From IMG/VR virus record IMGVR_UViG_3300045988_140928, positions 1 to 64,000 of that record: 64,000 bases of DNA. One strand, written 5' to 3'. The position numbers were made by a program, and so were the translations under genes. The stretch is from a virus. The notes under the pieces are model-generated. The model did no database searches. It saw only the letters and a list, made by a program, of their open reading frames with translations, and was not told where the DNA came from. Position 1 is the stretch's first letter, and each line of letters opens with the position of its first letter. Positions 53,752 through 62,911 of the stretch are shown here, piece after piece.

Positions 53752-56115
53752 CTAACTAATTAAGTATGTAGCTAAAGGTTGGTAAGCAGTCTTATAATGC
53801 TTAACTATATCCTTAGGACTAGGAATATCAATTGTATGGCCTTTAACCTCTCTACGGTTAACATCAATGGCCTTATGAATAGAAGAACGACTAGCACCTA
53901 CAATCTTTCTAACTTTAGTCATTCCCTCTACCCAGTTACCATCAACAATAAAGTCATGATTATACTTAGTACTCTTCTTAGCTTTTTCTACTAATTTTTT
54001 AGCAACCTCTGAGGTGTAATCATCTGGTCTACAAAAGACAAATCCACCAAGAGATCCTTTTTTATCCTCTAAACAATGCTTAATGTTACGTTCACCTACA
54101 CCTAAAATTTCTGCACATGACCTAATAGACTCAAATTGGAATACTTGTAAAGTCTTAGTACTAATAGCATAGACAGGAGCAAAATGCTTATTAACTTTTT
54201 TAACAACCTTAGGCTTAATAGGTTTAGCTACTTCCTCATTATCACCATTCCAGTCATAATTAGGAAATGCTTTAAGCAATTCAGTCTCTGTATAAACTTT
54301 ATTTTCTTGACGATCGCGGATTAAACGTTCTTCTGTATCGCCTACTGAGTAATGAATACTGTCTTGCTTAGGGTAAGGTTCAATATCAAACTTTAAGGTC
54401 TTACGAGCTTGCTTCTTAAAGGTTTTTGAACCTAAGAACATAATGTAACGATACTTAATTGAACGTAAAATAAAGAAACGGTAATGATGTCCTTTAACCC
54501 ATTTACCACCTTTCTTATCTGGCCCATTATAGCAGAAAATACCAGAATCTGTAGTTCCACAGTATAAGAAATTAGTAGCTTGATAGATTGCTCCAGTATG
54601 GTGCATTCCTTGATCAGCAAAAGAGATAATAAACCAATTGCCTTCTTGTTCTTTCTTTAACTGTCTTAAAGTCCATGAAACAAACCTAGAGGTAATATTC
54701 TTTAAGTTTTGACTTACTTCGTCTTTAATGTATAGTCGGGATAATTCTAGGGTGTTATCTTTATTGGCTAAAGGTGAAATTGAGAAAGCTAAGGATTTGC
54801 GAACGTGAGTATATGTAACCATTCCTACTAGTTGATTTTGGTAATACATTCCATAAGCATACTTACAAGCTACTACCCGGTGCAGGTAATGGTACTTAAC
54901 CATTAATTCATGTAATTCACTACTATCAACTTTCCTAAAGCTAACATCACTAAATTCATCTACTTTATTCATAGTTAAATCTAACCCCCTGCTTTTTAAA
55001 TAATTCATTATTTGTTCTTCTGTACTTTCAGTATAAGGTATTCTGATAAGTTCAATATTATGATCTTTACAATATTTATCCTTTAAATTATCTCTATACT
55101 GCCTATTTTTATAGCTATCTCGCTTATCAAACATTCTATTAGGCTTATAATGTTGTTCACCGTCATATTCTATGCAAAGGTTGTAATCTGGTAAATAAAA
55201 GTCAAAAGGTAATTTACGATTACTATGTGGATTTATACAATCCTCAAATCGTTTTTGAGGAATTGACTTAACCCCTCTTTTATTTAATATTCGTTCAACC
55301 ATTAATTCACCCTTAGAACGATTACAATAGGGACAACGCTCACCCCCAAGAAAGCTATAAGGGGTCATTTTAAATACTCTATTACATTTATTATGCCTAA
55401 TTAATATCTTGGTTTTACTATTTTTATATTTACCTAAAACAGTATATTCTTTATCTACTTGTTGATATACTTCCCGTTTAAATTGACTATCACTCTTTTT
55501 AGCGTTGCCATAACAATATGGGCATCTCTGACCCATTAAGAATTTAGGAGGTTTTACTTGATATACTTTTCCACATTTTAAGTGTTTAATAGTAACGTCT
55601 GTTCTAGCATTAACATAAGGAGTTATTAATTGATACTCTCCTCTATTTTCCCTCTTAACTTTATCTTCAAATTCAAGCTTACTCTTAATATTACGTACCC
55701 TACCACCCCTCTTATAACGACAAGCTGGGCATCTCTGACCTACGGTTAAGAATAAATAAGCAGACATCTTAAAAATATTACCACAATCATTATGTCTAAA
55801 AGTAAGCTTACTATCAGCATTAACATATGTATCACTTAAAAGAGTATAGTGGTTACCAACCTGCTCTCTAACTTCTTTAAGAATTTGACTATAGGTTTTC
55901 TTCTCATGGTGGTTTGACTCACAAGTAGGGCATCTAGTGCCTCTTAAAAAGTTGTTAGGAACTACTTCCCACTCAGTGTTACACTTATTATGTTTCATTA
56001 ATATTTTAGTTTTACTATTCTTATATTCACCTAAAACAGTGTATTCGTTACCTACTAAACCATATACGTCTTGCTTAAACTCTTTAGTTGTTTTTCTTCT
56101 AGTAGACCTTACCAT
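53752..56115 (-). CDS. fusion protein: Zn-ribbon modules + Vsr/DUF559-like nuclease + Mom-like domain + two NUMOD-like HTH modules
   Basis: Start ATG at 56113..56115 after AAGGAGG. Motifs: LPFDFYLPDYNLCIEYDGEQHY; YHYLHR..ISFADQGMHHTGAIYQATNFLYCGTT; C-terminal FESIRSCAEILGVGERNIKHCL and GMTKVRKIVGASRSSIHKAI. Confidence 0.7.
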   Translation of the reverse strand: MVRSTRRKTTKEFKQDVYGLVGNEYTVLGEYKNSKTKILMKHNKCNTEWEVVPNNFLRGTRCPTCESNHHEKKTYSQILKEVREQVGNHYTLLSDTYVNADSKLTFRHNDCGNIFKMSAYLFLTVGQRCPACRYKRGGRVRNIKSKLEFEDKVKRENRGEYQLITPYVNARTDVTIKHLKCGKVYQVKPPKFLMGQRCPYCYGNAKKSDSQFKREVYQQVDKEYTVLGKYKNSKTKILIRHNKCNRVFKMTPYSFLGGERCPYCNRSKGELMVERILNKRGVKSIPQKRFEDCINPHSNRKLPFDFYLPDYNLCIEYDGEQHYKPNRMFDKRDSYKNRQYRDNLKDKYCKDHNIELIRIPYTESTEEQIMNYLKSRGLDLTMNKVDEFSDVSFRKVDSSELHELMVKYHYLHRVVACKYAYGMYYQNQLVGMVTYTHVRKSLAFSISPLANKDNTLELSRLYIKDEVSQNLKNITSRFVSWTLRQLKKEQEGNWFIISFADQGMHHTGAIYQATNFLYCGTTDSGIFCYNGPDKKGGKWVKGHHYRFFILRSIKYRYIMFLGSKTFKKQARKTLKFDIEPYPKQDSIHYSVGDTEERLIRDRQENKVYTETELLKAFPNYDWNGDNEEVAKPIKPKVVKKVNKHFAPVYAISTKTLQVFQFESIRSCAEILGVGERNIKHCLEDKKGSLGGFVFCRPDDYTSEVAKKLVEKAKKSTKYNHDFIVDGNWVEGMTKVRKIVGASRSSIHKAIDVNRREVKGHTIDIPSPKDIVKHYKTAYQPLATYLIS
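54310..54955 (-). repeat. dispersed direct repeat, about 650 bp (Mom-like segment, copy 2)
   Basis: Matches 20950..21600. Confidence 0.8.
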
Positions 56116-56198
56116 TACTACTACCTCCTTACAAGTATTACTATACACCATAGTAAGTTAAATGTAAAGATGGTATATCAAATAATACAAATCAATAT

Positions 56199-56232
56199 AA
56201 AAAGACGTAAGAACTTAATCATACGTCTTTTT
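56199..56232 (-). terminator. strong terminator after the major capsid gene
   Basis: AAAAAGACGUA...UACGUCUUUUU, a hairpin flanked by A and U tracts. Confidence 0.7.
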
Positions 56233-56251
56233 ATACTTTATTAAATTCTAG

Positions 56252-57769
56252 CTAGTCGATTACACTAGAGGGAATTGACTTAGCTGTTGAGTTGTATAAT
56301 GTGTTATGGAGCAAAGCTACCCGCTTAGGGAAGATCAAAGCTAAACTTCCGTACCAGAGGTAAGCTTGATTTGTTGCAGTGCTGGTAATTGCGAGCGGGA
56401 ATTTAGTGATTGGCGCAAATTCAAGATAACGTACTGTAGTTGGACGATTTTCAATAATGAATACGTCACCAGTACCCGGAATAGTTTCGTTGTTATCTTC
56501 GAATACGATAGTACCGTCACCGGCCATCTTAGAGATAGCTACCCGACCTACAAGCCAGAATTGGTCATCACCCGGAACATCTGACTTTCTGTAAATTGCT
56601 ACATAATCAGGAATGTTAGCAACCATACGATTAAGAGTTGCAGTAATCTTAACAGTATCAGTAGGGTTCTTAACTTGAACCTTAACTTCATCAGAAGGTA
56701 ATGAGTCTTGTTGGCCTACAGCAACTACACGGTAAGTCAAGTCAACACCAACAGACTTGTTAAGAACAACTTTACCATCCTTGTCCTTCTTGTCGTCTGC
56801 CATAAACATACCAGCATCACCAGTAACAACTTCTGCCTTAACAGTTGGAGCTACTGGAGCGTCTTGATCTACAGCACCGTCCATATCAAGCTTCTTATCA
56901 AGGTCCATAATAGTTGAACCATGAAGAGCAATGTTACCACGAGCTGAAATGAACCGTTGAATATCAAGACCAACTTGCATACCAGCACCAGCTGAATTAG
57001 GTTGTAAGATACGTTGTGCGCCAAGGTGTTCGTTAACAAAATCAGCCTTAATACCTACAGGCATGTAAGCATCAGTTGGTGTACCATAACCTTGAGCAAT
57101 CTTAACAGCGGCTAAGTTAAGTGCTTGTGGCGTAAGAGAAGAACCACGCATATCAATCTTGTTATGTTCGTCCATTAACTTTTCAAGACCGTCAAACTCA
57201 AGACCTTCACCGTCTTGTTGAGCCAAGTCTGAGTCACCATAGAAAGTAGCATATTCAATAGCCTTAGCAATGTTGTTAATAGCTGAGATTTCCAACAGGA
57301 TGTTGGTATCAACAGTTGTATTAGCCCATTGCATTGCGAATGAACTACCCTTAGTGTCTACAAGGAACTTAACGTTAACAGTCTTTTGCCGTGCATGAGG
57401 TTCGTTAGAACGAAGCTTAGCAATTTCTGGTTGGAACATTTGGTGTCCTGTACGACCATGTGAGTAGTAAACAGTATACTTTTGAACTGTTTGGTTAACA
57501 GGTACCTTAGCAAGATCCTTATAGATTGTGTAATCTTCGTCTCCATAAGTAGAGATGTTAAGTTCTGGATCTAAAGCTTCCATACGATAAGCGGCACCAT
57601 CTGGTTGTGTTTCTGGTGTAATACCAGTACCAGCAGTAAAGGCTTTAACAACCCGGTCTGCCTTATCATTATTTAAAGACTTATTTAACTTGTCTTCTTG
57701 ATCTTTCTTAAAAACAGACTTTACTACAGTCTTTTTCTTTAATTCTGGCAAAATTTTCATCCTTTCCAT
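56252..57769 (-). CDS. major capsid protein
   Basis: 505 aa. Supported by position after the protease and scaffold-like genes, a strong downstream terminator, and the N-terminal pro-region motif TGITPETQPDGAAYRMEAL. Confidence 0.75.
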   Translation of the reverse strand: MERMKILPELKKKTVVKSVFKKDQEDKLNKSLNNDKADRVVKAFTAGTGITPETQPDGAAYRMEALDPELNISTYGDEDYTIYKDLAKVPVNQTVQKYTVYYSHGRTGHQMFQPEIAKLRSNEPHARQKTVNVKFLVDTKGSSFAMQWANTTVDTNILLEISAINNIAKAIEYATFYGDSDLAQQDGEGLEFDGLEKLMDEHNKIDMRGSSLTPQALNLAAVKIAQGYGTPTDAYMPVGIKADFVNEHLGAQRILQPNSAGAGMQVGLDIQRFISARGNIALHGSTIMDLDKKLDMDGAVDQDAPVAPTVKAEVVTGDAGMFMADDKKDKDGKVVLNKSVGVDLTYRVVAVGQQDSLPSDEVKVQVKNPTDTVKITATLNRMVANIPDYVAIYRKSDVPGDDQFWLVGRVAISKMAGDGTIVFEDNNETIPGTGDVFIIENRPTTVRYLEFAPITKFPLAITSTATNQAYLWYGSLALIFPKRVALLHNTLYNSTAKSIPSSVID

Positions 57770-57782
57770 TTTACCATTCGTT

Positions 57783-57801
57783 GTCTATATCTAATATAGA
57801 C
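57783..57801. other. perfect palindrome GTCTATAT-CTA-ATATAGAC upstream of the capsid gene
   Basis: 8-bp arms, located 14 nt upstream of the capsid ATG on the minus strand. Confidence 0.6.
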
Positions 57802-57826
57802 ATAAGTATGGTTTTTTAATTAAAAA

Positions 57827-58945
57827 CTAAATTTCGTTATATCTTTCAATAAAACTATCGGGAACTGTAGCACCTTTAAGTCCTCGAGTATCAGCTAAAA
57901 GACTCTTTAAAGCCCGCTTACGTTCCAAGTTAACGCCACTTTGTACACCGTCAAAGCCAAGCAATGACTTAGCAATTACATTTTCAAGAGCTTCCTTAGT
58001 AACGCCTTCTTCTTTAGGTGCTTCTACTGACTTGTCAACTGTATCTGCTTCTTCTGAACCAGTAGCAACTGCCTTACCAGTAGGGATTGACTTTTCAGCC
58101 TTATCTTCTTCTGCTGGTTCTTCAACTGATTTTTCAGCTTCATCAGCAGGTTCGTCCACAGACTTCTTAGCTTTATCTTCCTTGTCGTCTTTAGCTCCAC
58201 TGTCTGCACTATCTTCTGGTTCTTGGTTATCATCAGCAGACTTCTTAGCCTTATCCTTTTTATCAGCAGATTCTTCTACGCCAGCATCATCACCGGACTT
58301 TTCAACAGACTTTTCAGCTTGATCTTCAATAGGATCTTGCTTAGCTAAGAATGACTTAGCAATTTCCATAGAAGCCTCTGCTAATTCCTTATAAGACTTT
58401 TGCATTTCAGCCATAGTATCAACAGACTTAGTTAATGCGTCAATTACAGCATTAGTATCAAATGACTTAGAAGCTTCTTCGTGTCCCTTAGGGTCCTCAA
58501 CATCAGCTAATTCTTTATGCTGTTTAGCCTTAGTTTCTTCGGTCTTAGCGTCTGTGTTCTTTTCTACAACAGGTTCGTTTTCTGATTTTTCAGCTTCGTC
58601 AACCGACTTAGTTGACTTATCATCTTTATTACATACGCACTTGCTTAAAGGCTTGCCACACTTCTTGCAAGTTTCTTCGTCTTCTGACTTCTTAGCCTTA
58701 TCAGCAGATTCTTCTACATCATCATCGTCAACGTCTTTGGTTACCTTTTCATTATCGTCTGAAATAGTAGCTTGGTTAACATGCTTTTCAGCTTCATCTG
58801 TAGACTTAGTTGCTTCTTCTTGTGCTTTTACGTCTGAATCAGTCTTTTCAACCTCAGCAGACTTTTCTACCGTATCTTCTGTAGAAGCTAATGACTTACG
58901 AGCTTTATCAATAGCTTCCATAGCATTCTTTAATTTATCAGGCAA
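57827..58945 (-). CDS. acidic repeat-rich protein (scaffold-like) with Cys cluster
   Basis: 372 aa, highly Glu/Asp/Lys-rich, with repeated AEKS / ADKAKKS units. Contains CKKCGKPLSKCVC. It lies between the protease and capsid genes. Confidence 0.6.
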   Translation of the reverse strand: MPDKLKNAMEAIDKARKSLASTEDTVEKSAEVEKTDSDVKAQEEATKSTDEAEKHVNQATISDDNEKVTKDVDDDDVEESADKAKKSEDEETCKKCGKPLSKCVCNKDDKSTKSVDEAEKSENEPVVEKNTDAKTEETKAKQHKELADVEDPKGHEEASKSFDTNAVIDALTKSVDTMAEMQKSYKELAEASMEIAKSFLAKQDPIEDQAEKSVEKSGDDAGVEESADKKDKAKKSADDNQEPEDSADSGAKDDKEDKAKKSVDEPADEAEKSVEEPAEEDKAEKSIPTGKAVATGSEEADTVDKSVEAPKEEGVTKEALENVIAKSLLGFDGVQSGVNLERKRALKSLLADTRGLKGATVPDSFIERYNEI

Positions 58946-58957
58946 AATTAATCCTCC

Positions 58958-59881
58958 TTAGTCATCATCAGTGATGTCGTCCGCACCACTTAAAATTCTT
59001 TCTAATCTATTAGTAGTTAAATTATTAGTATTGATTGCATGAACAACAGCTTGTGAATCGTTATAAGAAAGACCCTCGAACAATTGTAAGAACAAAATCA
59101 TTACATCGTCTCCTGTGTCCTTATGAGCTAAAATATCAGCTACTGAATTAGCAACTGGTCTTAATCCAATTTTACGAGCCTGTTTCATGTTCTCCGCTAA
59201 ACTAACCAATTGACCAGAAAGAGCTTCTGTTCTAAATGCTCCACCATCAGTCTGAGTACTAGGAGTAATCCCATGACCAGCAGTTAGAGCTTTATTTGTC
59301 TTATCTAATTTTACAGTCATACTTAGCATTGGCTTAGAATCTGTAGTATCTGGAGTCTTAGAAGGCTCTTTATCATCTTCTAGACCAAAAATAGATTTAG
59401 AAACCAATTCCCAAGTAGCATGAGTATTAGCTGGATTCTTAGTTACAGCCACACCAGTAATTTGAACTTGTCTAATGATAGAGTCGTCACTAGCATCTCG
59501 CTCTAAAACATTACCCTCAATTGAAAAGCCAAGTTGTCGATCAATATGATTATCTTTAATATTATGGTAAAGCTTAATAATATCTTGTACCTGTGGCATA
59601 TTCTTGAAAAGCTTAGCTTCAAGGAACAAACCTTTAGAATCCACATATGTATTTTCTGTTGGTACTCCGATTACTTGGTCACGATCATGTTCAAAGTCTA
59701 CTCAAACAAATCCTGAACTCTTCAAATAACTAGCGTCAATACCAGCAGGATCAATCGCTTCGCCCTGTAAATCAACATCTGGAGTAGAGGCATAACCCTT
59801 CACTAAGTAAGTATTGTCTTCGTCTCCAGACTTTTCAACTTTATCAAAAGGTAAAAATACGTTAAATGATTTATTTAGGAT
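58958..59881 (-). CDS. prohead protease (HK97/S78-like) interrupted by an in-frame TGA and lacking a canonical start
   Basis: One frame reads KILNKSFNVFLPFDKVEKSG..GYASTPDVDLQGEAIDPAG..SSGFV-TGA-VDFEHDRDQVIG..LGFSIEG..KNPAN. The TGA is at 59702..59704. The only start-like codon after RBS GGTGGTGA is ATC at 59879..59881. Confidence 0.6.
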
Positions 59882-59945
59882 TTTTAATCACCACCCATCT
59901 ACTTAGAATACATAAACTTTTCTGTTTAATAATATAGGAAACTAG

Positions 59946-61535
59946 CTAATCTGTATTCCCTACGTTAGTATCTTCTGGATTCTTAGGGTCTTGTTTATTA
60001 GGATCTTCCTTAGCATCTGGTTTCTTATCTAATGACTGTTCGTGTCCCGGCTTATAATCATTCTGGTGTTGTTGTTCTGCATTAGCTTCTGGATTCATCT
60101 TATCTTGAATAGCTAACCATTGAATAAGGTTATCAGAGTTACCCGGAATATCCGGTATATCAAGCTTAGGAAGATGCATTAACGCTCTCGCCTCTGAAAT
60201 TGTCATTCCATTCTTAAGCTTTAATGCTAATTCGTCTTGCAATTGCTTTTCCTTACCTTGGTCACTTGGACTAAAGACAAACATATAATCAGAGTCAACA
60301 TAGCGTAAGATCTTATCAGTCATTAGACGTTCAATATACTTCATAACAGGCTCTAACCCATTATTACGTGAAGCGTCAATTTTGGTCCTAGTAGTATTAC
60401 CCTCGTTTAAAGTACTACCACCAGTCTTACCATTAGCTCCTCCACGATTAGGAAAGTTGATCTCATCTGGCTGAATATTAAAATCAGCACAGATAATATT
60501 ATTAAGATAATTAAGGAAATTAATAAATTCCATATCCTTAGATGATTGTGTCATATTCACATATTTAGCATCATGAGCTTGGATAATGGGAATCTTCCAC
60601 GAACCATTAATTCCTTGTGCTGGAGTTAAATTACGCCTTAGAGCGTCTAAATTAGATTGAGATGTACCAGAACCATCACCCGGATCTAAAAGCAACAGAC
60701 CACGAGTCATACCACCTTGACTAAAGAAACGAGCATTGAACTGTTCTACATTAATGTGGTATTGAATATGTTCCATACCAGCTTCTACAGGAGAAAAACC
60801 ATAACCACCTGAATAAGGCTTATCTTGACTCCAATAAGTAGAGAATACTAATTCCTTACTGTTAAAATAGATTCTATCTTTATCACTAGCATTACTATTA
60901 ACTACCTGCACAAAAGATTTAGGCTTATCAATACTAGTGGGGTATTTATCAATTAAAACCGTAGAAGCGTCTACGTGGTTAAAATGATTTAATTTGTTAG
61001 AACGTTTACTCTCATAAACCCGTTCAATATTAACTTGGTCAAACACATAAAAGTCATAAATAATCTTAGCCAAGAAAGTAGGGAAATCATCTCGCCAATC
61101 TAATTGATCTTTACCTGTATAAAAGATAAAGTCCTCTAACCTTTTAGCAACATTCTTTTCATGTGTTGTCATATCACTAAGTTGCTTACCCTTTTTAACT
61201 ACTCTAAACCCATTATCGTCACTAGAAAGACGGGCAGGAGTAGCAAAGTTTAAGATCTGATTAGTTCTAGTTCTAATAATTGCTTGAACTAAAAGATCAT
61301 CTGCATAAGCTCTTAGTTGATCTTTCTTTCTTAAATAATAATCTTGATTAATCTTTTCACGCTGGGGATTTTGGCGACTATGACTGTCTACACCAATTTG
61401 AATATAAGCATTATCAACCCGCTGATCTGATTTCCCAGCTCTAAAACTTTTAGCAACTTCTTGCTTATTCAATTGTTCAAGATCAATATAATCATCAGCG
61501 TTATCAGAGCCGAACCAGCGATCTAAAAAACTCAT
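59946..61535 (-). CDS. portal protein
   Basis: 529 aa, positioned between the terminase and protease genes, with an acidic C-terminal tail. Confidence 0.7.
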   Translation of the reverse strand: MSFLDRWFGSDNADDYIDLEQLNKQEVAKSFRAGKSDQRVDNAYIQIGVDSHSRQNPQREKINQDYYLRKKDQLRAYADDLLVQAIIRTRTNQILNFATPARLSSDDNGFRVVKKGKQLSDMTTHEKNVAKRLEDFIFYTGKDQLDWRDDFPTFLAKIIYDFYVFDQVNIERVYESKRSNKLNHFNHVDASTVLIDKYPTSIDKPKSFVQVVNSNASDKDRIYFNSKELVFSTYWSQDKPYSGGYGFSPVEAGMEHIQYHINVEQFNARFFSQGGMTRGLLLLDPGDGSGTSQSNLDALRRNLTPAQGINGSWKIPIIQAHDAKYVNMTQSSKDMEFINFLNYLNNIICADFNIQPDEINFPNRGGANGKTGGSTLNEGNTTRTKIDASRNNGLEPVMKYIERLMTDKILRYVDSDYMFVFSPSDQGKEKQLQDELALKLKNGMTISEARALMHLPKLDIPDIPGNSDNLIQWLAIQDKMNPEANAEQQHQNDYKPGHEQSLDKKPDAKEDPNKQDPKNPEDTNVGNTD

Positions 61536-61601
61536 ATAATCTTCACCCCTTTACTTAAAATATACATTAAAGCACCTACAATTCTCTTTATAATATAGCT
61601 G

Positions 61602-61638
61602 AAAAAGACCTCTACTAGCTTTTACACTAGTAGAGGTC
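61602..61638 (-). terminator. terminator after the terminase gene
   Basis: Perfect 12-bp stem GACCUCUACUAG/CUAGUAGAGGUC followed by UUUUU. Confidence 0.7.
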
Positions 61639-61648
61639 TTCTACTTAA

Positions 61649-62911
61649 TTAGAACTCGGTTTCATTCCTAATCTCATATTCACGTTGTATATCAGTCTGC
61701 TCTGGAGTAAAGATGTCATTATCAAGATAATCAATCTGAGTTGACTTTCTACGCTTCATTGCGTCCTCTTTCATTAACTTATCAAGCCCAGCCATAGCAT
61801 ATACCATTGACTGGAAATAATGATCTGGGCCTTTACGTAAGATAACCTTACTATACTCAATTAAATGTGTTTGCTGATTTTCTTTTTCATCAGTACGAAT
61901 AACAACATTTTTACCATGGGTAATAAGCTTTCTAACTTCTGAGTCATTCTGAGAACCAGACCAGAAATGAATATCGCCACGTTTAATATTACCCATAAGA
62001 ATAACATTTTGAGTAAGCTTATCCAAAGTAACGGTGGAATCCGTATCATTAAAGTGTGCATTAAAATCACCATTAGTCTTTGCAGACCTAACAACAACCC
62101 CGTATACACGCTGAATACCATAATAAGCCATCATCTTTTGTACATAATTACCAGAAAATCCTAAATCAGGACAAATAATATCAGGTTGATACTGATTTAT
62201 CTTTCTCATGACTAAATTTAAGTCTTCTTCAATATGTTCTACACCAGTTGATCTAGGAATTTGAGTAAGATCCATAAGGTCAATTTGACCATTACCTCTC
62301 ATACCTAAAGTAACAATTGAATGCACGTGCTCTCCCCAATCAACACCAATAGATACATACTTGTAATTACTTCTATCGTCTGGCTTATTATAACTACTAT
62401 CAATATGAGTTAAAACGTCCTCATCTCTAAAGGTTGCACCTTTATCTTCATAAGGCATCCCAAGCGAGTAATTATAGAAGAACTGCTTGGAAGGTGCTCT
62501 CATTTCCTCTTCCTTCAGTTTATCCGCCGTGATCCACACTGCATCCATTTGTGAAATAGCATAACCATGCCTACGCCCTGAACCGGGACGAGTTACAACC
62601 CATCTTGCATCGTACCATCTATCCAGCAATTTTCCACATTTCTGACAAACAAACTGAAAAGTACCCGGCTGTACAACTCTAGCGTCTGTATCTATACCAT
62701 CTTTATTTACTTGTTTTACATTCTTCTCATAGTCAAGAACCTGTTCAAAACCACAATGAGGACAAGTATGTACCCAACGTCTCTGGTCTGATTGTAAAAA
62801 CAGACGATGTATCCCGTAATTTTGTACTGTAGGCGTTGACCATCTACTTACAATCTTATAGGGTGAAGACTGCATAGACTGGATTGCTGACTGCTCTGCT
62901 AAAGGATTTAA
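61649..62911 (-). CDS. terminase large subunit, 3' exon (the 5' exon lies beyond the window)
   Basis: Begins LNPLAEQS directly after the intron-terminal G at 62912. Zn-ribbon CPHCG...CQKCG as in gpA-type terminases. Nuclease-type VSIGVDWGEHVHS. Confidence 0.75.
   Translation of the reverse strand, partial: LNPLAEQSAIQSMQSSPYKIVSRWSTPTVQNYGIHRLFLQSDQRRWVHTCPHCGFEQVLDYEKNVKQVNKDGIDTDARVVQPGTFQFVCQKCGKLLDRWYDARWVVTRPGSGRRHGYAISQMDAVWITADKLKEEEMRAPSKQFFYNYSLGMPYEDKGATFRDEDVLTHIDSSYNKPDDRSNYKYVSIGVDWGEHVHSIVTLGMRGNGQIDLMDLTQIPRSTGVEHIEEDLNLVMRKINQYQPDIICPDLGFSGNYVQKMMAYYGIQRVYGVVVRSAKTNGDFNAHFNDTDSTVTLDKLTQNVILMGNIKRGDIHFWSGSQNDSEVRKLITHGKNVVIRTDEKENQQTHLIEYSKVILRKGPDHYFQSMVYAMAGLDKLMKEDAMKRRKSTQIDYLDNDIFTPEQTDIQREYEIRNETEF

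Noticed and set aside
58032-58961. Two plus-strand Ser-rich ORFs (96 and 135 aa).
   Set aside because: They are antisense to the acidic repeat protein (GAA/GAT-rich codons read as Ser/Phe). They are low complexity and have no RBS.
59702-59704. The TGA in the protease as evidence for genetic code 4 (TGA = Trp).
   Set aside because: ORFs of up to 1871 codons are TGA-free under the standard code, and many genes terminate with TGA. A global reassignment does not fit.
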